Assembly: GCA_016932785.1 (NCBI GenBank)
Contig: JAFGCJ010000002.1
Span: 337,777-401,776, forward strand
Reading direction: 5' to 3'
Length of the DNA stretch: 64,000 nucleotides
Origin: Candidatus Dojkabacteria bacterium
Lineage (GTDB): Bacteria > Patescibacteriota > Dojkabacteria > SC72 > JAFGCJ01
Shown here one piece after another: positions 26,927 through 36,440 of this stretch. Each line of letters begins with the position of its first letter. The stretch's first letter is position 1. The notes under the pieces were generated by a model. That model saw nothing but the letters and a program-made list of their open reading frames with translations. It ran no database searches and had not been told where the DNA came from. The position numbers and the translations under genes were made by a program.

Positions 26927-29900
26927 TTACTCATACTTTGGATAACAGCACTTCTTGTATTTCTTACCACTACCGCAGGGACACGGATCATTCCGTCCCA
27001 CTTTCTTACCTTTAGTTATAGTCTTCTGCTTCGAGACCTTACCAGGCCTTCTGTCCACCATTGCAGCTGTCGTCTTTGCTGCCTTATCCCCGGGGCTGAC
27101 TTTAGAGGCCTCCTCTTTCACAGCCTGAGCCCTTTCCACATCTACATCAGAGCTCTTCTTCACAACACTTACCTTAAAGAATCTTCTGACAATGTTGTCC
27201 TCCATTTGAGCAAGCATCTTGTCAAACATTGCAAACCCTTCGTTTTTATATTCCACAAGAGGATTCTTCTGAGCATATCCGCGAAGGCCAATACCATGAC
27301 GAAGATCTGTCATAAGATCAAGATGCTCAATCCAAAGATTATCAATTGTTTGCAGTATAAGAACTCGCTCTACCTCACCAATTACTTCGTCTCCCAGACT
27401 CAGGATATGGATAACATATGAGGAAATCAATAATTTGTGCAGCTCAGACAAGCGCTTCTCTACAGACCATCCGTTGGAATAGAATTTTTTCTCTAAATCC
27501 TTCCAACCTTTATAACCAATTTTCTTTGAGGCCTCGTCCGCCAGTTCTACGGGAATTACATCAAGAACTCCGGCCAAAACCTTACGTTCCTCAAGATCGT
27601 CAACTTTCGAGTCATCCCGAACCTGAGAACCAATAATAAAGTCAATATGTTGAGCCGCAAGCTTCAATACCCATAATCTCAAAGGTCGAGAAAAGATACT
27701 ACCCTCACCAAGTTCTAAAATTTTCCACGACCCCGGATCCTTAATAGAAAAGTTACTGAGAGATTGAGCCATCTCAGCAACGGCAGATTCTTTCAGTTTG
27801 GAAAAATCATATTTAATAGATTTTTTCTTAGTGTCTCCCCCCTCGGCATCTACTTTCTGTCCTGCCAGTATGGTCAGAATCTTTCTTCGCAAATCGTAGA
27901 TTATCTCCCTCTGCTGATTTAGCACATCATCATATTCAACAAGATGCTTACGGGTATCGAAATGATATGCCTCTACTCTTTTTTGTGCTGATTCTATGGT
28001 CCGTCCAATAATACCGGCTTCAATAGGTACCGAGTCGTCCATTCCAACACTGGAAAGTATTCCGGACATAGCGTTTCCACCAAATAACCGCATAAGATCA
28101 TCCTCGAAGGAAACATAGAATCTCGAAGATCCAGGATCACCTTGGCGACCGGATCTTCCACGAAGCTGATTATCAATACGACGCGACTCGTGACGTTCAG
28201 TTCCAATCACATGAAGACCCCCAAGTTCCTTCACACCATGTCCCAAGGCAATATCTGTTCCTCTACCTGCCATATTGGTAGCAATAGTAACCTGTCCCTT
28301 TTTCCCAGCTTCCGCTACTATTTTCGCTTCTTTCTCGTGCTGCTTTGCGTTCAACACGTTATGGGCAATTCCTTCTTTATTAAGCATGCTGGATAACAAC
28401 TCTGAATTCTCAACAGAGGTCGTCCCCACAAGCATAGGTTGACCTTTTTCGTGCCTCTGTTTTATTTCTTTTACAACCGCTCTAAATTTTCCCTCCTTTG
28501 TTCTGAATACAAAGTCCGGAAGATCTTTTCTTATAACAGGAAGATTCGTTGGGATTACAACAACCTCAAGATCATATATATTGGCAAACTCCTCAGCTTC
28601 AGTAAGGGCCGTCGCCGTCATCCCTGAAAGAAAATCATACAAACGAAAATAGTTCTGGAAAGTAATGGTCGCCAAAGTTCTAGATTCCTTCTTGATCTCT
28701 ACACCCTCTTTTGCCTCTATAGCTTGGTGCAATCCTTCACTGTATCGCCGTCCTGGCAAAACACGACCAGTAAATTCATCAACGATTAGTACCTGATTAT
28801 CCTTAATAATGTACTGATCATCCTTGGTATATAGCTCCTTGGCCTTGAGTGCATTATCAAGATGATGAACTTGTGCATAATTTTCCCAGATATTATCAAC
28901 TGAAAGTATCTTCTCCACTCTATCCACTCCCTCGTCAGTAAGAGAAACAGAATGGGCCTTTTCATCAACCAGGTAATCCTGAGGCGGCTTTAGCTGCCTC
29001 GCGACATTTGCAAACTGGAGGTACATTTCATTTGAGTCTTGGGCTTGAGAAGAAATAATCAGAGGAGTTCTAGCTTCATCGATTAGAATAGAGTCACATT
29101 CGTCGACAATAGCAAAATAAAGAGGCCCCTGAACTCTCTGACTCAACGAATGAGCCATATTATCCCGAAGATAATCAAAACCAAACTCATTGTTGGTGCC
29201 ATAAATAATGTCACAGGCATAGGCTTCTGATTTACTACACCTTTGAAGATTTACTCCCGACATATGGTCATACTTAAGCCGGCCAACCTCCGAGCGAAGC
29301 TTTTCTCGCTCTTCAATTTTCTTCTGGGCTTCGTCTCCTTTCAGATCAACAGCTTCTTTGTCAGTAATAAATTTGTAGGCCGCCCCTGGAGTAATAACGC
29401 CAACCTTCATACCCAGAGCACCATATATGTGTCCTGCCCATTCACCGTCTCTTCTTGCAAGATAGTCATTTACGGTTACAAGATGAACACCTTTACCCAT
29501 CAAAGCGTAAAGAAAAAGCGGACATGTAGCTACAAGCGTTTTACCCTCTCCAGTAAAGTGTTCTATCACATACCCATGAGCCTGAAATATACCCGCCAAA
29601 ATCTGAACATCGAAATGTCTATGATTAGTCTGACGCCTTGAAGACTCTCTCACTCTTGCATATATTTCTGGAAGAATCTCCAAAAGCCTTTCCCTATCAT
29701 CTTTCTGCCGCTTATTCTTTTGTTCTTCTGTTAAGGCTGGAAGAAAAGGATCTCTCTCCCTTCTTGATTTTTCTAAGTCTATACCCAGTTTTTTCCTGAA
29801 ATCCTCAGCTGTTTTCATTAGCTCAGTATCAGAGAGCTTCTGAACCGACTCCTCAAGACCATTAATCCCCTCAACAATAGGTTTGAATTTCTTTAGCTGT

Positions 29901-29941
29901 CTCTCATTGGAGTCAAAGAATTTTGATAAAAAATTCAGCAT
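26927..29941 (-). CDS. secA: Preprotein translocase ATPase SecA
   Basis: The ATG at 29941 gives MLNFLSKFFDSNERQLKKFKPIV, the canonical SecA N-terminus; the ORF-track start at 29995 adds 18 atypical residues. Walker A FTGEGKTLV, DEAD-like IVDECDSILIDEARTPLIIS, and a C-terminal zinc finger CPCGSGKKYKKCC. Confidence 0.95.
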   Translation of the reverse strand: MLNFLSKFFDSNERQLKKFKPIVEGINGLEESVQKLSDTELMKTAEDFRKKLGIDLEKSRRERDPFLPALTEEQKNKRQKDDRERLLEILPEIYARVRESSRRQTNHRHFDVQILAGIFQAHGYVIEHFTGEGKTLVATCPLFLYALMGKGVHLVTVNDYLARRDGEWAGHIYGALGMKVGVITPGAAYKFITDKEAVDLKGDEAQKKIEEREKLRSEVGRLKYDHMSGVNLQRCSKSEAYACDIIYGTNNEFGFDYLRDNMAHSLSQRVQGPLYFAIVDECDSILIDEARTPLIISSQAQDSNEMYLQFANVARQLKPPQDYLVDEKAHSVSLTDEGVDRVEKILSVDNIWENYAQVHHLDNALKAKELYTKDDQYIIKDNQVLIVDEFTGRVLPGRRYSEGLHQAIEAKEGVEIKKESRTLATITFQNYFRLYDFLSGMTATALTEAEEFANIYDLEVVVIPTNLPVIRKDLPDFVFRTKEGKFRAVVKEIKQRHEKGQPMLVGTTSVENSELLSSMLNKEGIAHNVLNAKQHEKEAKIVAEAGKKGQVTIATNMAGRGTDIALGHGVKELGGLHVIGTERHESRRIDNQLRGRSGRQGDPGSSRFYVSFEDDLMRLFGGNAMSGILSSVGMDDSVPIEAGIIGRTIESAQKRVEAYHFDTRKHLVEYDDVLNQQREIIYDLRRKILTILAGQKVDAEGGDTKKKSIKYDFSKLKESAVAEMAQSLSNFSIKDPGSWKILELGEGSIFSRPLRLWVLKLAAQHIDFIIGSQVRDDSKVDDLEERKVLAGVLDVIPVELADEASKKIGYKGWKDLEKKFYSNGWSVEKRLSELHKLLISSYVIHILSLGDEVIGEVERVLILQTIDNLWIEHLDLMTDLRHGIGLRGYAQKNPLVEYKNEGFAMFDKMLAQMEDNIVRRFFKVSVVKKSSDVDVERAQAVKEEASKVSPGDKAAKTTAAMVDRRPGKVSKQKTITKGKKVGRNDPCPCGSGKKYKKCCYPKYE

Positions 29942-29950
29942 AACGAAGTG

Positions 29951-29959
29951 ATTATAACA
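29951..29959 (-). promoter_or_regulatory. Extended -10 (TGTTATAAT) 9 nt upstream of the secA ATG
   Basis: The minus strand reads TGTTATAAT-CACTTCGTT-ATG, with no Shine-Dalgarno in between. Confidence 0.45.
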
Positions 29960-30030
29960 TGCATAGCAATCATTGCGGGATGAAAAATATGTCAAAACCG
30001 AATTTTAAGAATTTTTTAATCTCTCGAGTC

Positions 30031-30036
30031 TACAAT
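30031..30036 (+). promoter_or_regulatory. -10-like hexamer (TACAAT) 6 nt upstream of the ATG at 30043
   Basis: TACAAT-TAGAAC-ATG. The upstream region is AT-rich with no good -35. Confidence 0.35.
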
Positions 30037-30042
30037 TAGAAC

Positions 30043-33000
30043 ATGAAAAAAATCACTTTATACTTATGCCTATCCGTAACTATTTTCCTTATATTCAGCA
30101 AACAAGACTCCATCGCCAAGATTCAGCACGTCGACATACGTTCAGACACCTATGTTGAGGAAATGTATCCTACAGTATCTCCATGGAACAACAAGAATCT
30201 CTATATCGGGAAGGACACATGGTATGGGAAAGGGAAGACAAGAGCATACGTAAGAGCAGATCTCACTGGGTTGGAGAATCTCGGAATTATCGGTAGGGAC
30301 ATCGTCAACGCTAACCTATACCTTTACCAATACGAAAATGAAGGAAACTCCCCCTACACTTTACTCGCGTTCCGTCCAAAAGAGAACTGGAACGAACGCT
30401 TAGTAAACTGGAGCAATCAACCTAATAATCTTGAGCAGATTTCATCAAATTCCCAATCAAACTCGAACGGATGGAAGAAGATAGATATTACGAAATACGT
30501 AAAGAACGCATTGGACGATGACCTTAATTACGGCGTCAACATAAAACTTAAGACTGAAGATTCACCAGCAATAATTTTCTGGTCAACAGCCTGTGTCGGG
30601 ACACCAACTCCACCATCATGCAATCCAACCGAAAAACCTTATGTCCAGGTAGAATTCACTCCCAATGCGCCTCCAAACCCACCTGTTCTCCTCGATCCGC
30701 AGGATGATATTTTCCTTCAGGCAGGACTCATCCACTTTGAAGCCAACTCTTCTACCGATCCTAATGGCGAAAAAATACAGTATCGGCTAGAAATATCAAA
30801 ATCCGACAGCTTCGAAACACTAATATATAAAAGCCAGCTTTCAGATATACCAAGATTTGACTATACCCTGTCGGAAGAATCCAAGTATTTTTGGCGCATG
30901 GCGTCAATAGACGAGCACGGAGAAATCTCGGGAAAAACGTATTCAGAAACAAGAACATTCTTTATAGATAAAACACCTCCAACAGTACCAATAATAGATC
31001 CCGAGCCTCCATTCACAAACGGCACCGAAAATACAATCACCTGGTCAAGTTCCTCAGATAATTATGCAAAGACAATCACATATAGAGCCGAGATAAGCGA
31101 GACAGAGGACTTTAGCAAGAATGTCAACTCATCGGAATGGTTGACTGATCTTAGTACAAAGTTCACTAACCTAGAGGACAACAAACACTATTATTATAGG
31201 GTAAAATCACGCGACGATGCAAAAAATACATCTGAATATTCATCCGTTGTTTCTTCAACACAGGACAACAACCCGCCGCAGATCAAAGACTTTCGCCTAA
31301 GCACGTCATTGATCTCACCATTTAACCCATCAAGCAAATCAGTTCGCGACTACACAGAAATCAAAGGTAAGATCGAAGATCCCACCCTAAGATCATGGAA
31401 ACTACTAGTAGTAGATCAGAACCACAAGAATGTATCAACACTTAAAGCTGAAAACAATGTTTTTTCATTCAGCTGGCCACAGGACGATTCCCGAATTTCG
31501 AAATTATCAGATGGAAAATATTTCGCTTACATCAATGCAACTGATAGCTTCGGGAAAACAATGAATTCCAAATCGCTGGAAATAACAATTGATGATACGA
31601 GCCCAGCTACTCCTACTATTGAAAATCCAAAAAGCGAGTCATACTCAAATTCCCACTCAATAACTCTTATCTCCAAAGTCGAGAAAAACACATCAAACAA
31701 TATATATCTAAACGATATTCTACAGGCTCGAAGACTAGCTATTAGTAAGATATCACAAGACATCAAAATACCTAAAGACGGAAAACACTCAATAAAAGTA
31801 GAGTCCCTCGACGAAGCAGGCAACAAAAGTTCAACCACTGTTACAGTAAATATTGACACATCGCCTCCTAACGCGCCAGAAATAGAGTTACATCCAGACT
31901 CAAAAGCCAATTCTATTTCTATAAGTATTAAAGGCGAGAAAGAGACCACTGCAAAAATCTATATTAACGGAAAACTCACAAAATCTTTCACGCATACCGA
32001 TAATAAAAAGACAGACATTGTAAAAAAATGGACAGTCAACCAAGAGTACAAAGTTTTCGCGACACTTGTAGACAGGGCTGGAAATATAAGTCCCAAATCA
32101 AAAATAAGAAGCTACAAAACTCCGGACTCAAATGTTCTTGGTACCGGAATGGGCTTTGGAGACATAACCAACTATCCCAAGGCTCCCAAGATAAAGACCT
32201 GCACCATTAAGGTTCATAAAGACAGGAAAATATACGACATAAAAAACTGTAACATATCCGCACCATCACTTGCTGAAATAGAAAATAGAGGTAAAAATGG
32301 CAACATATACTGGCTAACACTGTACGGATCAGCACAAAAGAAACTCAAAATTAAACTCGAGAAATACAGATGCAAGAAAAAAAGCATCTTCGATCCAAGA
32401 ACCTGGTTTTTTTGTATAGATCAAAAATACAAACAGGAAACCAAGACGGTAACACCAAGACTCGAGATAATCTCTAGGCTAAGTAATGGCAAAGAGCTGT
32501 ACGAGTACAAAAAATCAATTAATACGAAAGGCAATTTCTACTCAGACGACTACACCTGGTACGATCCAAACAATAAAAAAGTCTCTTCAAAAAGTATCCT
32601 ATCAGGTTATCTTAAAGTTGAAGGTATATGGATAGACTATCAATACAAAAGTGGAAAATCTAATAGCATCAAAGTACCTAAGGAGTCCAAGAATAGTGGA
32701 AAATACTTTTCTTTTGTATTCAATGAAATTATAGGCGTAACTCAATGGCATGGTTATACTGCATACCAAAGCCCCCATACAGGAATAGACTTCGGGGCAG
32801 TAGAAAAAAAGATCATTTCACCAGCAAACGGTTATATCCGAGCGGTTGGATGGGATAGTTATTACGGCCAATGTCTTTCCGGAGGAAATTACATACGAAT
32901 CGAACATGATAACGGCATGCACACTGTCTATATGCACCTGAAAAACTACACCAACAGCCAGGGGAAAAAATGGAAAGTCGGGCAAAGAATTCTCCGTGGA

Positions 33001-33210
33001 CAACAGGTGGGAATCAGCGGAAACTCAGGAGCATGGAACTGCCAACCGCTCGGATATCATCTACATTTTGAACTTAGAAAAAGCAGAAGTCAATCCACCC
33101 ATCTAAATCCTGTCCCCTACATAGACATTAATTGGAACCTCATACACACAATCGGCTCTCAAAATAATCCCGGCAGACTAACTGGCGATAATCCACATCC
33201 AAGTTATTAA
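30043..33210 (+). CDS. Secreted 1,055-aa protein: DNRLRE/CBM96-like N-domain, Fn3/Ig-like and FlgD-Ig-like modules, C-terminal M23 peptidase
   Basis: Signal peptide MKKITLYLCLSVTIFLIFS. DNRLRE-type pattern (DTYVEEMYP...RAYVRADLTGL...ANLYLYQY...ENWNERLVNWSNQP). Fn3 signature YYYRVKSRDDAKN. M23 core HTGIDFGA (32776-32799) and HLHF (33058-33069). Confidence 0.9.
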   Translation: MKKITLYLCLSVTIFLIFSKQDSIAKIQHVDIRSDTYVEEMYPTVSPWNNKNLYIGKDTWYGKGKTRAYVRADLTGLENLGIIGRDIVNANLYLYQYENEGNSPYTLLAFRPKENWNERLVNWSNQPNNLEQISSNSQSNSNGWKKIDITKYVKNALDDDLNYGVNIKLKTEDSPAIIFWSTACVGTPTPPSCNPTEKPYVQVEFTPNAPPNPPVLLDPQDDIFLQAGLIHFEANSSTDPNGEKIQYRLEISKSDSFETLIYKSQLSDIPRFDYTLSEESKYFWRMASIDEHGEISGKTYSETRTFFIDKTPPTVPIIDPEPPFTNGTENTITWSSSSDNYAKTITYRAEISETEDFSKNVNSSEWLTDLSTKFTNLEDNKHYYYRVKSRDDAKNTSEYSSVVSSTQDNNPPQIKDFRLSTSLISPFNPSSKSVRDYTEIKGKIEDPTLRSWKLLVVDQNHKNVSTLKAENNVFSFSWPQDDSRISKLSDGKYFAYINATDSFGKTMNSKSLEITIDDTSPATPTIENPKSESYSNSHSITLISKVEKNTSNNIYLNDILQARRLAISKISQDIKIPKDGKHSIKVESLDEAGNKSSTTVTVNIDTSPPNAPEIELHPDSKANSISISIKGEKETTAKIYINGKLTKSFTHTDNKKTDIVKKWTVNQEYKVFATLVDRAGNISPKSKIRSYKTPDSNVLGTGMGFGDITNYPKAPKIKTCTIKVHKDRKIYDIKNCNISAPSLAEIENRGKNGNIYWLTLYGSAQKKLKIKLEKYRCKKKSIFDPRTWFFCIDQKYKQETKTVTPRLEIISRLSNGKELYEYKKSINTKGNFYSDDYTWYDPNNKKVSSKSILSGYLKVEGIWIDYQYKSGKSNSIKVPKESKNSGKYFSFVFNEIIGVTQWHGYTAYQSPHTGIDFGAVEKKIISPANGYIRAVGWDSYYGQCLSGGNYIRIEHDNGMHTVYMHLKNYTNSQGKKWKVGQRILRGQQVGISGNSGAWNCQPLGYHLHFELRKSRSQSTHLNPVPYIDINWNLIHTIGSQNNPGRLTGDNPHPSY

Positions 33211-33219
33211 TAATTAAAA

Positions 33220-34191
33220 ATGAAGCTAAAACGTCTAATAATCATTGCAGGTGCAGCTCTAGCTACTTACATCACAATTTCTTTATTAAGTTATTTCTTC
33301 GATGGTAAAACATCACCAGAAATCCCCAATACACATCAGACACTATTTTTCACGGGAATATACCCAAAAAAAGTTCTCTGGATTAATAAGCAGGTTCTTG
33401 TAGCTCTCGAAGAAAATTCAATAATAATCTACGACACTAATGAAAGGACTGTAAGAAAAAAAATTGAGATTAATCAGCCAATAATAGATATACAAGTGAA
33501 TTCGGAAAAGATTTTCATCATATCCAAAGACAATGATAACTCAATAGTCTACAAAATTTCCGAAAATGGGGAAGTTGAGAATACTGTCAAATTCCCCAAG
33601 GCCGACACAATAGTTATCCAAGATAAATACAGCTGTCATACCAAAAGCTTCGAAATAAAAAGCCCAGAAGAAGTAGCTTCCATAATAACAATATATAAGG
33701 ACAGAAAAATAATTAATGAAATCAGATCATCTCTTTCAGTAAAGCCCCTAAACTGTGACTCCAAAAAGCTCTATCTAGTAAAGTCAAGCCCTGTTCTAGA
33801 GAACCACCTATACTCCTGGGAAAATAACAAAATAAAAAATCTCACTCTAAATCGTGAGGATATTCTTTCGATAGGTATCTCACAGAACATGAAATTGATA
33901 GCTATAGAAACAGATACCTCTATCGAAGTACTATCAGACTCATCAAAAATAATTAACTCAGCTAATTACAATGGACAACCTTGGTATCTAACACCTAACA
34001 AAATACTTTTTCTCGAAAATTCAGACAATAGATACGAAGTGAAATCCTACATTCTAGAGGAATCAGAGAAAAAGATTGAAACCATATTTGAATCAGAGGA
34101 AAATTTCACAGATATCATACCATCACCAGATGAAAACAATTTCATACTACTATCAGAATTCGGAGAGTTATGGATATCAAAGAGAAAGTAG
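33220..34191 (+). CDS. Membrane-tethered beta-rich protein (unknown function)
   Basis: 323 aa. N-terminal TM helix LIIIAGAALATYITISLLSYFF, followed by repetitive short beta-strand-like segments. It starts 9 nt after the M23 protein stop. Confidence 0.6.
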   Translation: MKLKRLIIIAGAALATYITISLLSYFFDGKTSPEIPNTHQTLFFTGIYPKKVLWINKQVLVALEENSIIIYDTNERTVRKKIEINQPIIDIQVNSEKIFIISKDNDNSIVYKISENGEVENTVKFPKADTIVIQDKYSCHTKSFEIKSPEEVASIITIYKDRKIINEIRSSLSVKPLNCDSKKLYLVKSSPVLENHLYSWENNKIKNLTLNREDILSIGISQNMKLIAIETDTSIEVLSDSSKIINSANYNGQPWYLTPNKILFLENSDNRYEVKSYILEESEKKIETIFESEENFTDIIPSPDENNFILLSEFGELWISKRK

Positions 34192-34713
34192 AAACCTCTT
34201 ATTGTAGTTATTCATCTCATCTTCGTATTTCTCAACATCATCCCTGTAATTTTCATATAGCTGCGGCAGGTCCTTACTATCATCCCAAGTATCGTTCTCC
34301 TCAGCGCATTTTTCAGCAACTGACTGAACTGCCTCGAGATATTCTACAGCTGAATTACAAACATCTTCCTGATTATCACTTAGTTGTCTAGCCGCGAAAT
34401 TTAAGTTTTTCCATTTTGACTCAAGATTTTTTACTGCTTCAACATTATCAGATGCTTTCTTTTCAACATTTTCACATCCTTTAAAAGTTAAACCTTCTTC
34501 AGTATCAACAAGGAGGTTTACTTCATCGACATAATCCATTATCTGCTCTACATACGAGTATGATCTGCTGCCAACAATGAATCCGACCAATCGAACAACA
34601 AACAGAATAAAGAAGACGGCACCTACTGCACATCCTCCAATAATGATGTATCTCAGATATGGAATTATCCTATATTTGCTATTTCCTTTAACAGATTCCA
34701 TAGGTAAGGCCAA
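34177..34713 (-). CDS. Membrane-tethered hypothetical protein
   Basis: 178 aa. TM helix YIIIGGCAVGAVFFILFVVRLVGFIV followed by a helical acidic domain. Its 3' end overlaps the convergent gene by 15 nt. Confidence 0.5.
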   Translation of the reverse strand: MALPMESVKGNSKYRIIPYLRYIIIGGCAVGAVFFILFVVRLVGFIVGSRSYSYVEQIMDYVDEVNLLVDTEEGLTFKGCENVEKKASDNVEAVKNLESKWKNLNFAARQLSDNQEDVCNSAVEYLEAVQSVAEKCAEENDTWDDSKDLPQLYENYRDDVEKYEDEMNNYNKRFLLSL

Positions 34714-35171
34714 AAAATAATAAGACCTGTCACCGCAGACGCTATAGAGCTCACCAGTACAGCGCCGGCACTTACATCTTTTGCGTAACGAATATTTACT
34801 TTGTACTCCTTAGACACTGTGTCGCATACTGCCTCAATAACACTGTTAAATGCCTCCGATATAAGCACAAGTCCTGCAACTAGAGCCAAAGCAACCCAGT
34901 CCGAATGTCCTATCCCCAAAATCAAGCCGCCAACAACAACAAGAGCAAGGGCGACAATCTGAATTCTAAAGTTACGCTCGTTCTTTAATATGAGCTTTAG
35001 TCCTGAAACAGCAAATCTGTAACTTTCGAAAAAGTTTCTTGCGTCGTACTTATGATTCTTTCTATTAGAGTTTTCTTCAACATAACAGATATTCTCGGGA
35101 CAAGAGCATGACTGAGCATTGTCAGAAGTGTTATTTTGTCCATCTATTTCAGAGTTTTTTTCTTTTTCCAT
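34665..35171 (-). CDS. dgkA: Diacylglycerol/undecaprenol kinase family protein (DgkA) with N-terminal extension
   Basis: The core RFAVSGLKLILKNERNFRIQ...SEAFNSVIEAVCD...AKDVSAGAVLV matches the prokaryotic DAGK family. About 45 extra N-terminal residues contain SCSCPENIC. Confidence 0.8.
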   Translation of the reverse strand: MEKEKNSEIDGQNNTSDNAQSCSCPENICYVEENSNRKNHKYDARNFFESYRFAVSGLKLILKNERNFRIQIVALALVVVGGLILGIGHSDWVALALVAGLVLISEAFNSVIEAVCDTVSKEYKVNIRYAKDVSAGAVLVSSIASAVTGLIIFWPYLWNLLKEIANIG

Positions 35172-36393
35172 TTGCAGCTACCTGTTCTAATATCTTATAT
35201 GTCTGAGCTGCCGTATTTTCCCAGGTATAGCCTTCAGACCTAATCATCCCAGATTCTCCTAGTTCCTGAGCAAATGTGTCATCAGTAGTAACTTTGTAGT
35301 AGGCTTGCGCAACTGCTTCGGTATCCTCAGGATCAACCAGCAATGCACCATCTCCCAGTACCTCAGGATAGCATGATCTATTGCTTGCAACAACCGGAGC
35401 CCCACATCTCATGGCTTCAAGAGGAGCAAACCCAAATCCTTCATATAACGAAAGATGCGTAAATACACTACAACCACATATGAGGTCATTCAGGTCTTCG
35501 TCTTCAAAAAAGCCCGTGAAATAAACATATTCCTCAAGACCAAGGTCTGCTATAAGATATCTAACCTCTGCAAGAAAGGTATTCCTCATATCAAGTCTGG
35601 TAAAATCACCTCCCGCCAAGACCAGATACGGAGGATATTTTTCTGATTGACTCTTGTACATTTTCCTTAAAGCGGCATAGGCTTTGATCAATCCCGGTAC
35701 ATTCTTATTTTTCTCTACCCCAGAGTAATACATAATATACCCTGTCTTAATAACCTCTTTCGGCAGGTATTTCAGGAGAACATCCATATCCGGTTCCACT
35801 TTCCGAAATCTATCTGAAATCCCAAGGTAAACAGGCAAAACTTTTTCCTTAGGTATCTTTACATACTTAAGAAGATCCTCCTTAGTTTTAATAGAGTTCG
35901 TAATTACTCGATCGGCTTTTGCAACACGTCTAAGAGCATTATGATACTGGAACTTTCTTATCCAATCGAGGTATTTGGGAGCTGAGGAATATCTATTCAA
36001 TATGGGAAATGCTAAATCATGAATCATTACAACTGTCTTGGTTTTCCTTAACGGAAACCCTCTCCAAAAGTAGGGGCAAAAATACACATCCGGAATCTCC
36101 TCCCTCAAAAGAGCATCAATAGCTGGTCTATACTGCCTAAGCCACCAAACAAAATTCAATTTATCCGATGCCCTACATGGCCCGATATTTATGGTACGGA
36201 TAATATCAGGATAATCTCGAATTGTAGACTCAATCGTTGTCGGAGAATTGAATGTCAATAGATAGTAGATATCGTCGCGAGAATTATCATGACTTTGTTT
36301 CACCATATTAGAGACAACTTCTTGGGTATACCTACCTGGCCCACGATTCGCAAACTGGTCCTGAGTTGTTGTCGCATCTATAACAATCTTCAT
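35149..36393 (-). CDS. Glycosyltransferase family 4
   Basis: 414 aa with a GT-B C-terminal motif: LSLYEGFGFAPLEAMRCGAPVVASNRSCYPEVLGDGALLVDPED. Confidence 0.85.
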   Translation of the reverse strand: MKIVIDATTTQDQFANRGPGRYTQEVVSNMVKQSHDNSRDDIYYLLTFNSPTTIESTIRDYPDIIRTINIGPCRASDKLNFVWWLRQYRPAIDALLREEIPDVYFCPYFWRGFPLRKTKTVVMIHDLAFPILNRYSSAPKYLDWIRKFQYHNALRRVAKADRVITNSIKTKEDLLKYVKIPKEKVLPVYLGISDRFRKVEPDMDVLLKYLPKEVIKTGYIMYYSGVEKNKNVPGLIKAYAALRKMYKSQSEKYPPYLVLAGGDFTRLDMRNTFLAEVRYLIADLGLEEYVYFTGFFEDEDLNDLICGCSVFTHLSLYEGFGFAPLEAMRCGAPVVASNRSCYPEVLGDGALLVDPEDTEAVAQAYYKVTTDDTFAQELGESGMIRSEGYTWENTAAQTYKILEQVAANGKRKKL

Positions 36394-36440
36394 TTCGATT
36401 TATCGCGAATTATACATCACTAACAAACCAGTGCAAAACA

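Noticed and set aside
26906-27421. 171-aa + strand ORF
   Set aside because: It is antisense to the conserved C-terminal part of secA, and its product has no recognisable features.
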